Assembly (NCBI GenBank): GCA_002269645.1
Contig: NIVC01001156.1
Coordinates: 62,001-126,000 of the forward strand
Reading direction: 5' to 3'
Origin: Macrostomum lignano
Taxonomy: Eukaryota
Length of the DNA: 64,000 nt
The notes beneath the pieces were generated by a model. That model made no database searches, had not been told where the DNA came from, and worked only from the letters and a program-made list of their open reading frames with translations. Positions 13,436 to 26,046 of the stretch are shown here, one piece after another. How positions within the stretch are numbered: the stretch's first letter is position 1; each line of letters opens with the position of its first letter. A program made the position numbers and the translations under genes.

Positions 13436-13840
13436 TTGAAAGGGCGCAGTAAAATAGTCGTGCTTCTCCCCCGTGTTCTCCCTGGCCCTGAAGAATCCCT
13501 TCAGTCCGAAGCAGCCGTCGCTGCAGACGGAGCCACCGCCTTCCTCGTCGCCCTCCTGCGGCTCGTTAGAAATATCGGCGATGGGCATCTCCAGCTTGAT
13601 GACGGAGGCGTACCGGGTGAGCAGGTCGAACTTGGAGTGCAGCAGCAGGTAGCCGGTGCTCTGCGGCACGGACTCGTGCGGCAGCAGCGTCTCCACCACC
13701 AGGCCTATCAGGTTCAGCCGCTCGACCAGCTGGTCGCGAAGTCGCTGCCGTTCTGCTTCGTGATTTTTCGGATCCTTGGCCGGCGGCGCCGGGAACGGCA
13801 AGACGTAGTCGATCTTCAGGCGTTCGCCGTCCTTGCCGAA
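13436..13840 (-). CDS. Anoctamin exon 2 (FGKDGERLKIDYVL...DYFTAPFQ)
   Basis: Acceptor GACAG|TTC, donor CAA|GTGAGA; 405 nt; FxDGxxxIDYVL is the typical anoctamin N-terminal motif. Confidence 0.9.
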
Positions 13841-14029
13841 CTGTCAGGGAAGCGATTGAGCAGGCATTGGCACTGAGTTGGGTTGATGCGGACATCTCAC
13901 TAGTAGATAATCTCACTCTGAAGTAGATAATCTCACTCTGAATTAGATAATCTCACTCTGGCCAGACACTTTCACTGGCCTACGTGAACTACGAACTACT
14001 CTGAACTACGAAAATCCAGATGAACCCAC

Positions 14030-14275
14030 GTGATTCTGCAAGTAGAGGCTGTCCGTCAGCGTCTGCTGCGGCTTCATGAGGGCGACGCCCGACTGCGGCT
14101 GCTGGTCGCCGGCGCCGTCGCCGCTGCCAGCCGCGTCCTCCTCGCGAGCGGCCATCTCGATGGCCTCGAAGCCGATGGGCGCAGGGGAGTCTGGGTCGCC
14201 GCCGCCCTCCGTCATCATTGGCCGGAGCTCGGAGTCATCTGACCCCTTGTTGCCTGCTGCTGGCGCTCGGCGCAT
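14030..14275 (-). CDS. Anoctamin/TMEM16 family, coding exon 1 (MRRAPAAGNKG...SLYLQNH)
   Basis: ATG at 14275; donor CAC|GTGGGT at 14029; 246 nt, phase 0, joins in frame to FGKDGERLKIDYVL. An AG acceptor lies 13 nt upstream of the ATG and the frame stays open upstream, so the true start could be further 5'. Confidence 0.7.
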
Positions 14276-14295
14276 CGGTTCAACACGGCTGGAAT

Positions 14296-14735
14296 TGGGA
14301 GGCGGCCCGGCAACTGAGGATCTGGGAGGATGGCTCAGCAACTGACATTCTGGGAGGCTGGCCCAGCGACTGACACTCTGGGAGGATGGCCCAGCAACTG
14401 ACATTCTGGGAGGCTGGCCCAGCAACTGACATTCTGGGAGGCTGGCCTAGAAACTGACACTCTGGGAGGCTGGCCCAGCAACTGACATTCTGGGAGGCTG
14501 GCCTAGAAACTGACACTCTGGGAGGCTGGCCCAGCAACTGAGGATCTGGGAGGCTGGTCCAGTAACTGACACTCTGGGAGGCTGGCCCAGCAACTGACAT
14601 TCTGGGAGGCTGGCCCAGCAACTGACATTTTGGGAGGCTGGCCCAGCAACTGACATTTTGGGAGGCTGGCCCAGCAACTGACACTCTGGGAGGCTGGCCC
14701 AGCAACTGACACTCTGGGAGGCTCGCCCAGTAACT
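14296..14735. repeat. Second array of the 28-bp GCAACTGACA(C/T)TCTGGGAGGCTGGCCCA unit
   Basis: Same unit and orientation as 8042-9400, more diverged. Confidence 0.92.
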
Positions 14736-15951
14736 GAAGATCTGTTGGTCTATACGCATCCAGAAATAGTTATGAAAATTGAAAGACAATTTTAAGTACA
14801 CACACAAAAGATTTCAAATAAAAAGTTCCAAAAAGAAAAGCACGCGGCTGGTCTTACTCGGGAGCAACACAAGGGCAAAGCAACAGTTAAGATAACCCAG
14901 TGCAGTTGTAAATGTTTTAATATGTGACTCTGTTGTGCTGTAACTGGCATCATTAAATATGAATTATTTCCAGGGGCCAAACTTGCGCATTGGGTCGGAT
15001 GTACAGTAAGCTGCATAAAAGCGAGATTTCAGGCCACAACAGTTACCGTACATGCACTTTGTTTATTGACTTTGTACAAGCTGCAGAATTTTGGCACGCA
15101 TTCAAAGCCTGCCCGCTTGCGCCTTTGCATTACTATCTACGCCAGGCTCTGATAGAAATACGCAAGCGCGCTTGGGATTATGAAAGCAACCCGTTGCTAA
15201 GGGGAAGGGAGCAGAGAAGGTTAGTATGTGCGCAGGAGCAGTTAGCGGAATGGGCTGCAATCCTGCGAATATTTATGTTTATCATAACCAGTTGCTAAGA
15301 CTCAGTTGGTGTAAATATCGCATGCATTCCCTCGATATCAGTGTACCTGTCACTGTGTGAATATTGAGTCACCTGTACAATAGATAATGGCCTGCAAAGC
15401 TTCTCGCCAACGCCGTTCGATATCAGTGGGGGGGGCCAGAATTAGCGCAAGTGCAAATTAATCGACCCATACAAGAAAGAATATCCAGATCCAGATAAAA
15501 CACAGACCTCATAACAGCCTACATTGTGCCCCACTGGTTGCTGTGACAGCCTTGTCAAACAAATTGTTGGCTATTCTCAATTGTTGAAGCCTAAAGTTAG
15601 CTGTTCAAAATGCCTCTTTCATCGAATTTCAGGGGTCAATGATCTGGTTAGTCTGCTTCGCGGACGATGAACAAGCTGTACGAGTGTGTCATTAAACGTT
15701 CAAATTGGGCTTAAAGTTTGATAAATTCGACAGCTTTTGCAAAAAGCGCTGATTTTGGCTTTGGAACTTGGGAATTTGCGCAGCAATCAACTGGTGCCTC
15801 ACGGGGAATTGCAATCTTAGCCAATTGAAGCAGGTTAAATTCGAATTTTTTGCTACACTCAGATTTAAATGTATTGACCCACAAGCCCAGGGTGCTCAAC
15901 TGTTGGAAAAGCAGCCTTCTTGGGCGCTGCACCGCCGCAAGTTAATGCGAC

Positions 15952-17096
15952 CGCCGCAGCCAGTCTGTGCAACACAGGTGTACATGTCCTGACTTTCTCC
16001 CTGCCGCAGCCAGTCTGTGCAACACAGGTGTGCATGTCCTGACTTTCTCCCTGCCGCAGCCAGTCTGTGCAACACAGGTGTCCTGACTTTCTCCCCGCCG
16101 CAGCCAGTCTGTGCAACACAGGTGTGCATGTCCTGACTTTCTCCCTGCCGCAGCCAGTCTGTGCAACACAGGTGTGCATGTCCTGACTTTCTCCCTGCCG
16201 CAGCCAGTCTGTGCAACACAGGTGTGCATGTCCTGACTTTCTCCCTGCCGCAGCCAGTCTGTGCAACACAGGTGTCCTGACTTTCTTCCCGCCGCAGCCA
16301 GTCTGTGCAACACAGGTGTCCTGACTTTCTCCCCGCCGCAGCCAGTCTGTGCAACACAGGTGTGCATGTCCTGACTTTCTCCCTGCCGCAGCCAGTCTGT
16401 GCAACACAGGTGTGCATGTCCTGACTTTCTCCCTGCCGCAGCCAGTCTGTGCAACACAGGTGTGCATGTCCTGACTTTCTCCCTGCCGCAGCCAGTCTGT
16501 GCAACACAGGTGTCCTGACTTTCTCCCCGCCGCAGCCAGTCTGTGCAACACAGGTGTCCTGACTTTCTCCCCGCCGCAGCCAGTCTGTGCAACACAGGTG
16601 TGCATGTCCTGACTTTCTCCCCGCCGCAGCCAGTCTGTGCAACACAGGTGCCCTGACTTTCTCCCCGCCGCAGCCAGTCTGTGCAACACAGGTGTGCATG
16701 TCCTGACTTTCTCCCTGCCGCAGCCAGTCTGTGCAACACAGGTGTGCATGTCCTGACTTTCTCCCCGCCGCAGCCAGTCTGTGCAACACAGGTGTCCTGA
16801 CTTTCTCCCCGCTGCAGCCAGTCTGTGCAACACAGGTGTGCATGTCCTGACTTTCTCCCCGCCGCAGCCAGTCTGTGCAACACAGGTGTGCATGTCCTGA
16901 CTTTCTCCCCGCCGCAGCCAGTCTGTGCAACACAGGTGTCCTGACTTTCTCCCCGCCGCAGCCAGTCTGTGCAACACAGGTGTGCATGTCCTGACTTTCT
17001 CCCCGCCGCAGCCAGTCTGTGCAACACAGGTGTGCATGTCCTGACTTTCTCCCCGCCGCAGCCAGTCTGTGCAACACAGGTGTCCTGACTTTCTCA
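15952..17096. repeat. Minisatellite with 50-bp and 44-bp unit variants, 24 units
   Basis: Units differ by presence or absence of GCATGT; explains ORFs 15865..17097. Confidence 0.95.
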
Positions 17097-20061
17097 CCGG
17101 TGAATATCGAACAGAGTCGAATCCTTGGACTTCAGAACAAGAGCTAGACGAGACACGATTGAGCTAATCTGCCTCCTAAAGCAGTTACTGAGTCAGACGA
17201 TAGTGTCATGAGACTTACTTGCTATCCATGGAGTCTGGCAGATCTGTACTGTAGGCTTGATTTACTGCCATGCTGTGGCCATTTCTTTCAGATTGAGAAC
17301 TGCGTGCACAAACCTAAAGAGTACCTTACTCTCTGGGAGGTCTCTCACGGCCTGGCCTTGCCAACTAAATACGAAAAGCCAGTCTTCTTATCAGTTTCGC
17401 GCGCGAGCCTCGGCAAGATAAAAATTCGCCCAATGCAGAGCTAGAAGGTCTCAGCCAGCCTTGCACTTTGCTTAATCTCTGCACATGAGAGTGCACAAAG
17501 CAGAGCAACAGAGTCTGCTAAATACAGGCAAAACTCAAGTTCGAGTGTTCAGTAGATGCGTATATTGGTTAGCAAAAGTATACAATATTGATACACTGTG
17601 CACTAAGGAGGAGGTGCATTACTAGACCACCAAAAAGCTACTAGAAAATGTTAATCTTGACCCATTTTTTAATTTTAAATGCTGATCCCTATATATGTAT
17701 ATTTTCAAATCCGTTAAGGAGACATAAAAAGATATGTAACAAAAAATCGTTTTTTCAAAAAACTATAACTAATTAATAATGTTTTTGTTCTAAAGTCCTT
17801 TGAAAATACTTTGAAAATATAACACTAGGAATTATATAAAAATATAATAATGCACTGGTTATTGGTTCAGTAGATAAAAAACAAACTAATAAAAATAGAA
17901 AATTGCTAATGATATTTAAGAATATTAAATACTATTTAAACTAAATTAAATTTTAATCAAATAGTAACATCTAAACAAGCTTGCTTAATTAGATGGTTAT
18001 AAGTATTATTATTCTTGCAGAATTTTAAATAGATAGAATAATTAAATATAAAAGAATTTTAAATATAATAGAAGTAATAAGTTCAACAGTACTTCATAAT
18101 AGGCTGTTTTAATTTTCTTTAAGTTTTATATCATTAGTCTTACTTTAATGACTTAAATAAAAGAAATATAATATATCTATATTATATATACACTCTACAT
18201 AATTGAATGGATAAAAAAATATCTTCAGTCACAAAGCCAAACTTTTAAATAAGCGTTAGCTTCTTAGGCCTGAGGATTAAAGCTGTAAAGAATCTACTAG
18301 CTGTATGTCCAGGTACATTAATATACTTTTCTACATTCCAGAAAAAAATCATTAAAAAAAATCTATAAAATGAATAAATACTATAGGCTACAAAAGCTAC
18401 TAAGTCTGTAATGAATGAGAAGAAGGTTAAACTTGTTAAAGTTTATAAGGCTTCATTTTCTATCAATCAAGCACGAGACTATACTGTAAGTACAAATATA
18501 AAAACATCTTTTTGTGAGAGTCGAATTAATTATCGCTCTCTTTAGAAAGTACTTAGAGATTTAACTTTTATTTTAAAAGTAAACTTTATAATTACAATAT
18601 TGTTAATACTGGCTGCTTTAGTTTCTAATTTGTTGAAAACTAAAGGACAATTTGTTAAAATTGTTATCATGAAAAAATCCGTTTAATATATACTGTGTAA
18701 GCGTAATCTACCATTTGTAACTACTTTTTTATTAATTTTAAATGCCTACACTTTACATTAACGTAACATTAAGGCACAGCATAGCAAAAGATGAACATTG
18801 GGTATTTCCTCCTATCGAAAGCAATAACAACTTTTGTGCTGAAAAAATGAAAACTTCCTATCTCCATGGTGTACTTTTTCGAAAAAACCTGCTTCCTAAA
18901 ATTTTTCCAGAAACGAGGTTTCCTGTTCTTCTACTTGAGTAGTCCTTGGTAATTTCATGTCAGTCAAAGCTGAAGCAGTAAGTAACATGCGGAGACTGAA
19001 AAATTGCGCGCCAGAAGGACAGAGAATAGGCCGGAAAATTGCGGAGGTACACAACATAAGTAGCTGTTACTTTGTAAATTACCGAGCTGAATCGATTGGA
19101 GTTTCTTTTGCTATGCTGTGCTGGATGGTCTGTCATGTATTGAGAAAAAATCTAACCAAAAATTTTGTCTTTTTTCTGCTTTCCCATGTTTGCCCGCCGG
19201 CAGCAATGCAGCATGCAAATTCAAGAAGAGGAGAACCTGAGAAGCGGCAGGTGCGCCAGTTCGCATGCGGATGGGGAGAAACTGTGCATTTTAACATTTC
19301 TAGCAATTTAGAAGATAAAAGAAAAAACGAAAGAAAACCGAACCCACGCATGCCGCTTTGCCGAGCAGCGCGGCGGGAGAGGCGAGGGATGACGGGGCGG
19401 AGCGGAGATGGGAGCCGGCACTCACGAGCGGCAGGAAGAGGGAGAGAAAGGGACAACGGCTGTTTGCATTTTACAAGGGAGGCAAAACAAATCTTAAACA
19501 TAGAGAGCAGCTTTGCCTGCAATTTTCAAGCAGTTGTGAGCACTGAGCAGCAGGGGGTTCGAGAGCTTTGCTGGACGATTAATAACACAGCTAGCCGGGC
19601 CATCTGCGCGCGCTGCAAGCAGAAAACAGCGAATATCTGATGTCTCAGAAAATCGAAAAGAAAATCGTTAACGAGTTTGAGATTTGCTGAGGCCCGCGAC
19701 TGCAGGTGGTTCCTGCGCTGCAGCTGCAATTCATGGGTTCTTCAGCTCGCTGCTTTTCATTCCCTGTGCTGCGTTTCGCGTTTCCCCTATGCATTGGGAG
19801 TACCTGATCGATCATCATCATCAATTCAGCTTCTTCAGCACCTGAGCCGCTCAATTTTCTGATAATAGACACAAATATTTTTTCACTTATGTACACGTAC
19901 CTGTAAATGTTTTTGGTGATGTATAACATGTATAATGCATTTTTTATGGTCTTTATAATAGTAACCAAATTAACAAAGTCCAATCTTGAACTTTCAGAAT
20001 TTGAATACGTAGCTTTTGGGTGAACATTCAACGTAAATTGCAGGGTGTGGTTATGAGCAGC

Positions 20062-20790
20062 GAGATTCCCACCGAGATTTCCCCCGAGATTTGCCCCCCG
20101 AGATTTGCTCCTCCCGAGATTTGCTCCCTCGAGATTTGCCCCCCGAGATTTGCTCCCCCCGAGATTTGCTCCTCCCGAGATTTGCTCCCCGAGATTTGCT
20201 CCCCCCGAGATTTGCTCCCCCGAGATTTCCTCCCGAGATTTGCTCCTCCCGAGATTTGCTCCCCGAGATTTGCTCCCCCGAGATTTGCTCCCCCGAGATT
20301 TGCTCCTCCCGAGATTTGCTCCCCCGAGATTTGCTCCCCCGAGATTTGCTCCTCCCGAGATTTGCTCCCCCAGAGATTTGCTCCCCCGAGATTTGCTCCC
20401 CCGAGATTTGCTCCCCCCCCGAGATTTGCTCCCCCCGAGATTTCCCACCTCCCCGATCGAGATTTGCCCGCCGAGATTTGCCCGCCGAGATTTGCCCGCC
20501 GAGATTTGCCCGCCGAGATTTGCCCACCGAGATTTGCCCGCCGAGATTTGCCCGCCGAGATTTGCCCACCGAGATTTGCCCTCCCCCGAGATTTGCTCCC
20601 CCGAGATTTGCCCTCCCCCCGAGATTTCTCCCCGAGATTTGCTCCCCCCGAGATTTGCCCTCCCCCGAGATTTCCCCCGAGATTTGCTCCCCCGAGATTT
20701 GCCCTCCCCCGAGATTTCCCCCCGAGATTTGCTCCCCCCGAGATTTGCCCTCCCCCCGAGATTTGCTCTTCCCGAGATTTGCTCCCCCGA
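20062..20790. repeat. Variable-length (about 13-17 bp) CCGAGATTTGCTCCC repeat
   Basis: Fixed GAGATTT core with variable C-runs. Confidence 0.93.
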
Positions 20791-21424
20791 ATTTTCTCCA
20801 CTTTCAGTAGTCCATGAACTGCCGCCTGCCGCATGCTGTCTCGCCAATACGATTGGGAAATCGATAAAAAATCCCCGTGCAATTCGTGGGGATATTGTCT
20901 AAATAGAAATCTCTCTTGCGTGCATAAGAGGATCTTTTGCCCAGAGCAGAGCGTTGTCCTTCAAATCCCAATCCCATCCCCTCAAGCTAAAGAAGGGGGC
21001 TTGTTCGTCTTCGATATCATCCCCCAGGTGCGTTGGGGCAATTTTCACGTTCCCAACCTACCTGTATGTGTGGATAATACGTAGTCAGCACGTAGTCAGC
21101 AAACGGGGCAGACAAAAGAAGAAGGATGAGTCACTGGACTCAGTCTGTCAAAGTCTTCTCCGGTGTGTCAGTTGGAATCGGAGGGAATTCGATGTCATTG
21201 GGAAAGTTGAGAAGGGAGACGATTGCGCAATGAATGGAGTTTGTTGGTTGAGAGTTGGGAGCAAAGGGAACTCTGTAGGGTGAGCGCTTCATCTAGAGAC
21301 GGGTCTTGCAGCTTGAGCACTCATACTAACCCGACAGCACGGCAGCCCTTGTTTTGGGGCTTGAGCTAAATGCTCAGAGATCACCCGATCCTCATGGGTC
21401 TCATGACGTCCTTCCTTCAACGGA

Positions 21425-21910
21425 ATGTCACTGATCCTGATGTGGTTTTTCAATAGACTGTCACTGATCCTGATGTGGATTTTCAATAGACTGTCACTGA
21501 TCCTCGGTTGGATTTTCAATAGACTGTCACTGGACACTGATCCTCATGTGGATTTTCAATAGACTGTCACTGATCCTCGTTGGATTTTCAATAGACTGTC
21601 ACTGGACACTGATCCTCATGTGGATTTTCAATAGACTGTCACTGATCCTCGGTTGGATTTTCAATAGACTGTCACTGGACACTGATCCTCATGTGGATTT
21701 TCAATAGACTGTCACTGATCCTCGGTTGGATTTTCAATAGACTGTCACTGGACACTGATCCTCATGTGGATTTTCAATAGACTGTCACTGATCCTCGTTG
21801 GATTTTCAATAGACTGTCACTGGACACTGATCCTCATGTGGATTTTCAATAGACTGTCACTGATCCTCGGTTGGATTTTCAATAGACTGTCACTGGACAC
21901 TGATCCTCAT
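21425..21910. repeat. Minisatellite with alternating about 33-bp and 40-bp units (about 73-bp higher-order repeat)
   Basis: GATTTTCAATAGACTGTCACTG core with two alternating tails. Confidence 0.9.
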
Positions 21911-22260
21911 GATCAGCAGCAGAAGTTCATCGATCTACTAATTGCCTAAAATGCAATTCCTTGTTCCCGAATCCCGCACGGCTGTCTATCAAAGATGAGG
22001 CCAATGCTTTGCACAATCTTCACACGGCTTGTACATAATGTTTAGTTGCTCACTCGATTCGATTGCGGCCGTGCAAGCCTCTTTATAATATACAGATCTG
22101 TTTATTTAGCTTGGGGCTGGGCTCTGAACAGTTGCGAGAGAAAACAACGCACAGATTGTATAGGCAATGGGGAGTTTCATCTGTGTTTTGGGCCGAGTGC
22201 GTGCGTGTGGCGACTTGAGACGTGCAAATCATGGGGAGGCGGTCGCCCAGCCCGCTCTTC

Positions 22261-22337
22261 TAATTGGCTGCCAGCGCCAAGGCTGGGTGGGGGTTGGGCC
22301 GCAATGGTCGGGGCGGCTATTTTAAAGCTGTATAAAA
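22261..22337 (+). promoter_or_regulatory. Candidate core promoter of the cpo/RBPMS gene (ATTGG, GC box, TATAAAA)
   Basis: Inverted CCAAT (ATTGG) near 22263, GGGGCGG near 22310 and TATAAAA at 22331-22337, about 110 nt before the ATG. Motif match only. Confidence 0.35.
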
Positions 22338-22447
22338 CTTTTTGGCCCCAACCAAATTCAATTCTGCCGTGCCACCTACACGCTTCTACCAAAGGACTCT
22401 TCCACTTCCAGCCTTCTGCAGAAGCCATCAACTTTCCTAGAAGCAAG

Positions 22448-22546
22448 ATGATGCCAATGGTCTCGCCCGTAACCTTGAACAACGAGAACAACATGGCAAT
22501 GAGCCAGAGCCGGGACAGCGTAAACACCTGCGGCGGAGAGGACGAG
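22448..22546 (+). CDS. cpo: couch potato/RBPMS/mec-8 family RRM protein, exon 1 (MMPMVSP...SQSRDSVNTCGGEDE)
   Basis: Donor GAG|GTGAGC; SQSxDSVNT...E(E)E precedes [10 protein letters not shown] as in couch potato proteins; 99 nt, phase 0. Confidence 0.82.
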
Positions 22547-22669
22547 GTGAGCCAATTTGATTTGCAAATAGAAAAATTAACAATGCAATGCTAAGTCTCC
22601 CCTGTCTTAATCTGACTGTCTGTCTTAGAGAGTCTGTCTGTCTGTGAAAAAATCTGTCTCAAGTCCTGT

Positions 22670-23042
22670 CTGTCTGTCCCAAGGCTTGTCGACTGTCTGT
22701 CCGGCTGTCCCAAGGCCAGTCTGTCCCAAGGCCAGTCTGTCCCAAGGCCTGTCTGTCCCAAAGCCTGTCTGTCCCAAGGCCTGTCTGTCCCAAGGCCTGT
22801 CTGTCCCAAGGCCTGTCTGTCCCAAGGCCTGTCTGTCCCAAGGCCTGTCTGTCCCAAGGCCTGTCTGTCCCAAGGCCTGTCTGTCCCAAGGCCTGTCTGT
22901 CCCAAGGCCTGTCTGTCCCAAGGCCTGTCTGTCCCAAGGCTTGTCTGTCCCAAGGCCTGTCTGTCCCAAGGCTTGTCTGTCCCAAGGCCTGTCTGTCCCA
23001 AGGCCTGTCTGTCCCAAGGCTTGTCTGTCCCAAGGCTTCCCA
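22670..23042. repeat. 16-bp repeat (CTGTCCCAAGGCCTGT)
   Basis: Directly visible, just after cpo exon 1. Confidence 0.93.
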
Positions 23043-25681
23043 AGTTAAACTCTAAAATGTTGTTTATTTTAATATCTTCCTAGACGTTTGCAAACCTCTG
23101 AATGGCATTTGAAAGAAGACAAGCCCTTAACAGTTTTCCCACACCAAGGGGAGCGCATTTATGACTGGGGTCCGGGCCAGTGTAACATCTGGAATCGAAG
23201 AAGCTTGCTGGATTCTGTTTGCTTTTACTTGTCAATTTTTTGGGGTGGAAAAATGGTTTATTAGAGCCCGCGATATGGGCCCTAGATAGGAAGGCTGGGT
23301 CCCCGGGTCTTTGTCCCAGAAGGGGAAGCAAAGTAGTATTAGATATCCCCTTCAGTTCTCGTCTCCCCAGTTCTGCAGTCCCGCTCTCAACACACAAGAC
23401 GCTATCGTTTGTATGGAGTTCTAATTTCTACATTTCAGACTGTACTCAATATTTTTCTCTCTAATAAAACTACCGAATTCTAAGCCTAGTAGTCCATAAC
23501 CAGAGTCCCTTTCAAGTCAGTCAGGCTGTGTGCAACCAGTGGAAAATTCCCATGCAACACAAAGCAAAGAGGTGGGAAATTCTTTACACATTTACAATGC
23601 GATTTCTAACAAATGACGTCATTTTCTAAAAATAGCAACACGAGATCGATCGTTTTAGGAAAAAGGGGGTTGGTTTACACCGTCCCGGGCCCGCCTAGAC
23701 AGAGGGGCCATTCAAAGTTCAGACTAATTTTTATAGTGTACTTTTAAATCAAGACAGAAATAAAAAGCCAGTTAGTCTTTATCACAAAGACTTGGAATTC
23801 TATATATAGCTACATAGAAGAATAGGACAAAGACAAGGACAGGACAGAACGGAAATTTTTCAGTTTGACAGAAAGGTTGAGGCCACCAAGTGCTGAAGTG
23901 TCTACATTTCCCCATTGGTGAATGCTTAATTTTTTGTCTGCAGGACATTGTGTGCTGGGCAGACGAATGTATTTGGCCAGCAACTAATTTGAGCAGCAAT
24001 TAGTTAGCAGGCGAGCCGGTGCTGAAAGTTTTATGCCAGGAAGGCAAGCGCCATATTGAGCTGAGCACTCTGGCCGCTGTGCCCCCACAAAAATATGAAC
24101 AGATACAGCAGAGCTTGTTTCAGCTGGGCTTTTGCACTCAAGAGGCCCCGTCTGCTACCGCTGCTGCTGCCGCCCCGTCAGCCCTCCGTCACCAATATTC
24201 CGCCACTAGTTTCCAGCTTCCTCTCATCATCAACCTGCCCGGTTCTCGCATCCATTGTTCAGCTTCTCTGGGTGGAATGGGGTGGAAACAGCGGACTTGC
24301 GACTTGGGGAAACGTGGGCGGGGTGAGGGGAGAATCTCCCTTGTTCCCCCACTCTAACTCCGCTTCCACAGTTACTGACTGACTGGGGAACAAATTAATT
24401 TCTGATATTCCCCATCCTCAGTCTGTGCCAGGACGAGACCGGTTGGTACAGTAGAGGACAGCCACAACATTGCAGTTCTGTCTTTTTGTAGCATTTTTTG
24501 CTCCCTTCGGATGAATGAAACCTGCTTGCTTGCTTTTGAAAAATCCCCCCCTTTTGATTGAAATTTGAAAGTCGCTGACAATGCCTTTCAGCAGGTCCAG
24601 CAGGCAGAATTGTCTGGCATAACAGGAAGCAGATCAATGATTTCAAATAATTTTATCATCATATTTTTCCAAGGAAATGAAGCCCTGTCGATCCCCTGCT
24701 GAAATTCGAGTCCATTTCTGCTTTCGTGAGCAATCGGCCCGGGGAAAACTGCTTAATTAAAGCATTCCCACTCCCAAGTTTCCATCGGGTTCTTGCTGGA
24801 CTGTTTACTGCGAGATGCTTTCCATATTGAAGAAGATCTGCTCATCTTTTTTGCTTGTCCGTTGAAACTGGAGATCGTCATTTAATTCCTTAATAAAGAC
24901 TCAAGAGTATTGAGTTTAAAAAGCTTTTGTTTTAATGACGGTCGGTTTCGAGGAAACATGCTCAGTCGCGATTGCATTAGCATTGATATTTCTTGGGCAA
25001 AGGATCTACCTGGCTTTCACCTCGGCATCACCTCATCTCCCTCTTCCCACAGATCCTTTGAGCCCTCAGCCCTCCCCTGCGCGCCCTTTGTCTCCGGAGG
25101 CTGCCTCTCCGCTAATGAGGAAGGTGGGGAGCCTAGCGGCCTCCTTCCTGCCCTTGCCGTCCGTCAGAATCGATACTTCAGTGGGATTGTGGGGGCTTGG
25201 GGAGACTCCTCAGGCACCCGCGAGTCGATACAGAACTCCTTTCCAGCCACCCCCACCTTGGCCTCTCCATTCTCCTCATTTCTTTTCTCTCTAGCACGAA
25301 TTTCCCTAAAACAAAGATCTATTCAGCAGATCCACGCGGATTCGGCCCTAAGGCTATTTTTCGGGATAGCGGATTTTTTTCCACTGACTGGGGGATGAGG
25401 GGTGCGTAGCTTTTTTGTCTCTCTTTCGCAAAAATTTCACCGTGACTAATTTTCCCGCTCGGGAACTCTGAATGCGCGGGGAAATGCTAATGGCTTCTAA
25501 ACTGCAGATTGCTCCGCTGCCGTTCACCTGCCCGCTGCCCAAAGGCTGCGTGAGAATCAGTTCAGCTCGCTGATCCCGAATCCCTTCCCGGCGCTTCATC
25601 ATTGATCTCATCCTACTAAATGAGCTTGGGTGCGGTTTGAGCAGCCTGAGGGAGTGAAACCAATAATGCGGCCATCTCTGG

Positions 25682-26046
<365 letters not shown>

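Noticed and set aside
15952-17096. CRISPR-like regular arrays (also 8042-9400, 21425-21910, 41282-41765)
   Set aside because: No unique spacers, no cas genes and a eukaryotic intron/exon context; these are head-to-tail minisatellites.
17600-18750. Very AT-rich block as a possible decayed transposon
   Set aside because: No terminal repeats, target-site duplication or coding remnant could be identified.
19133-19860. GC-richer blocks and donor-like sites as upstream anoctamin exons
   Set aside because: No recognisable protein similarity and no way to fix boundaries without transcripts.
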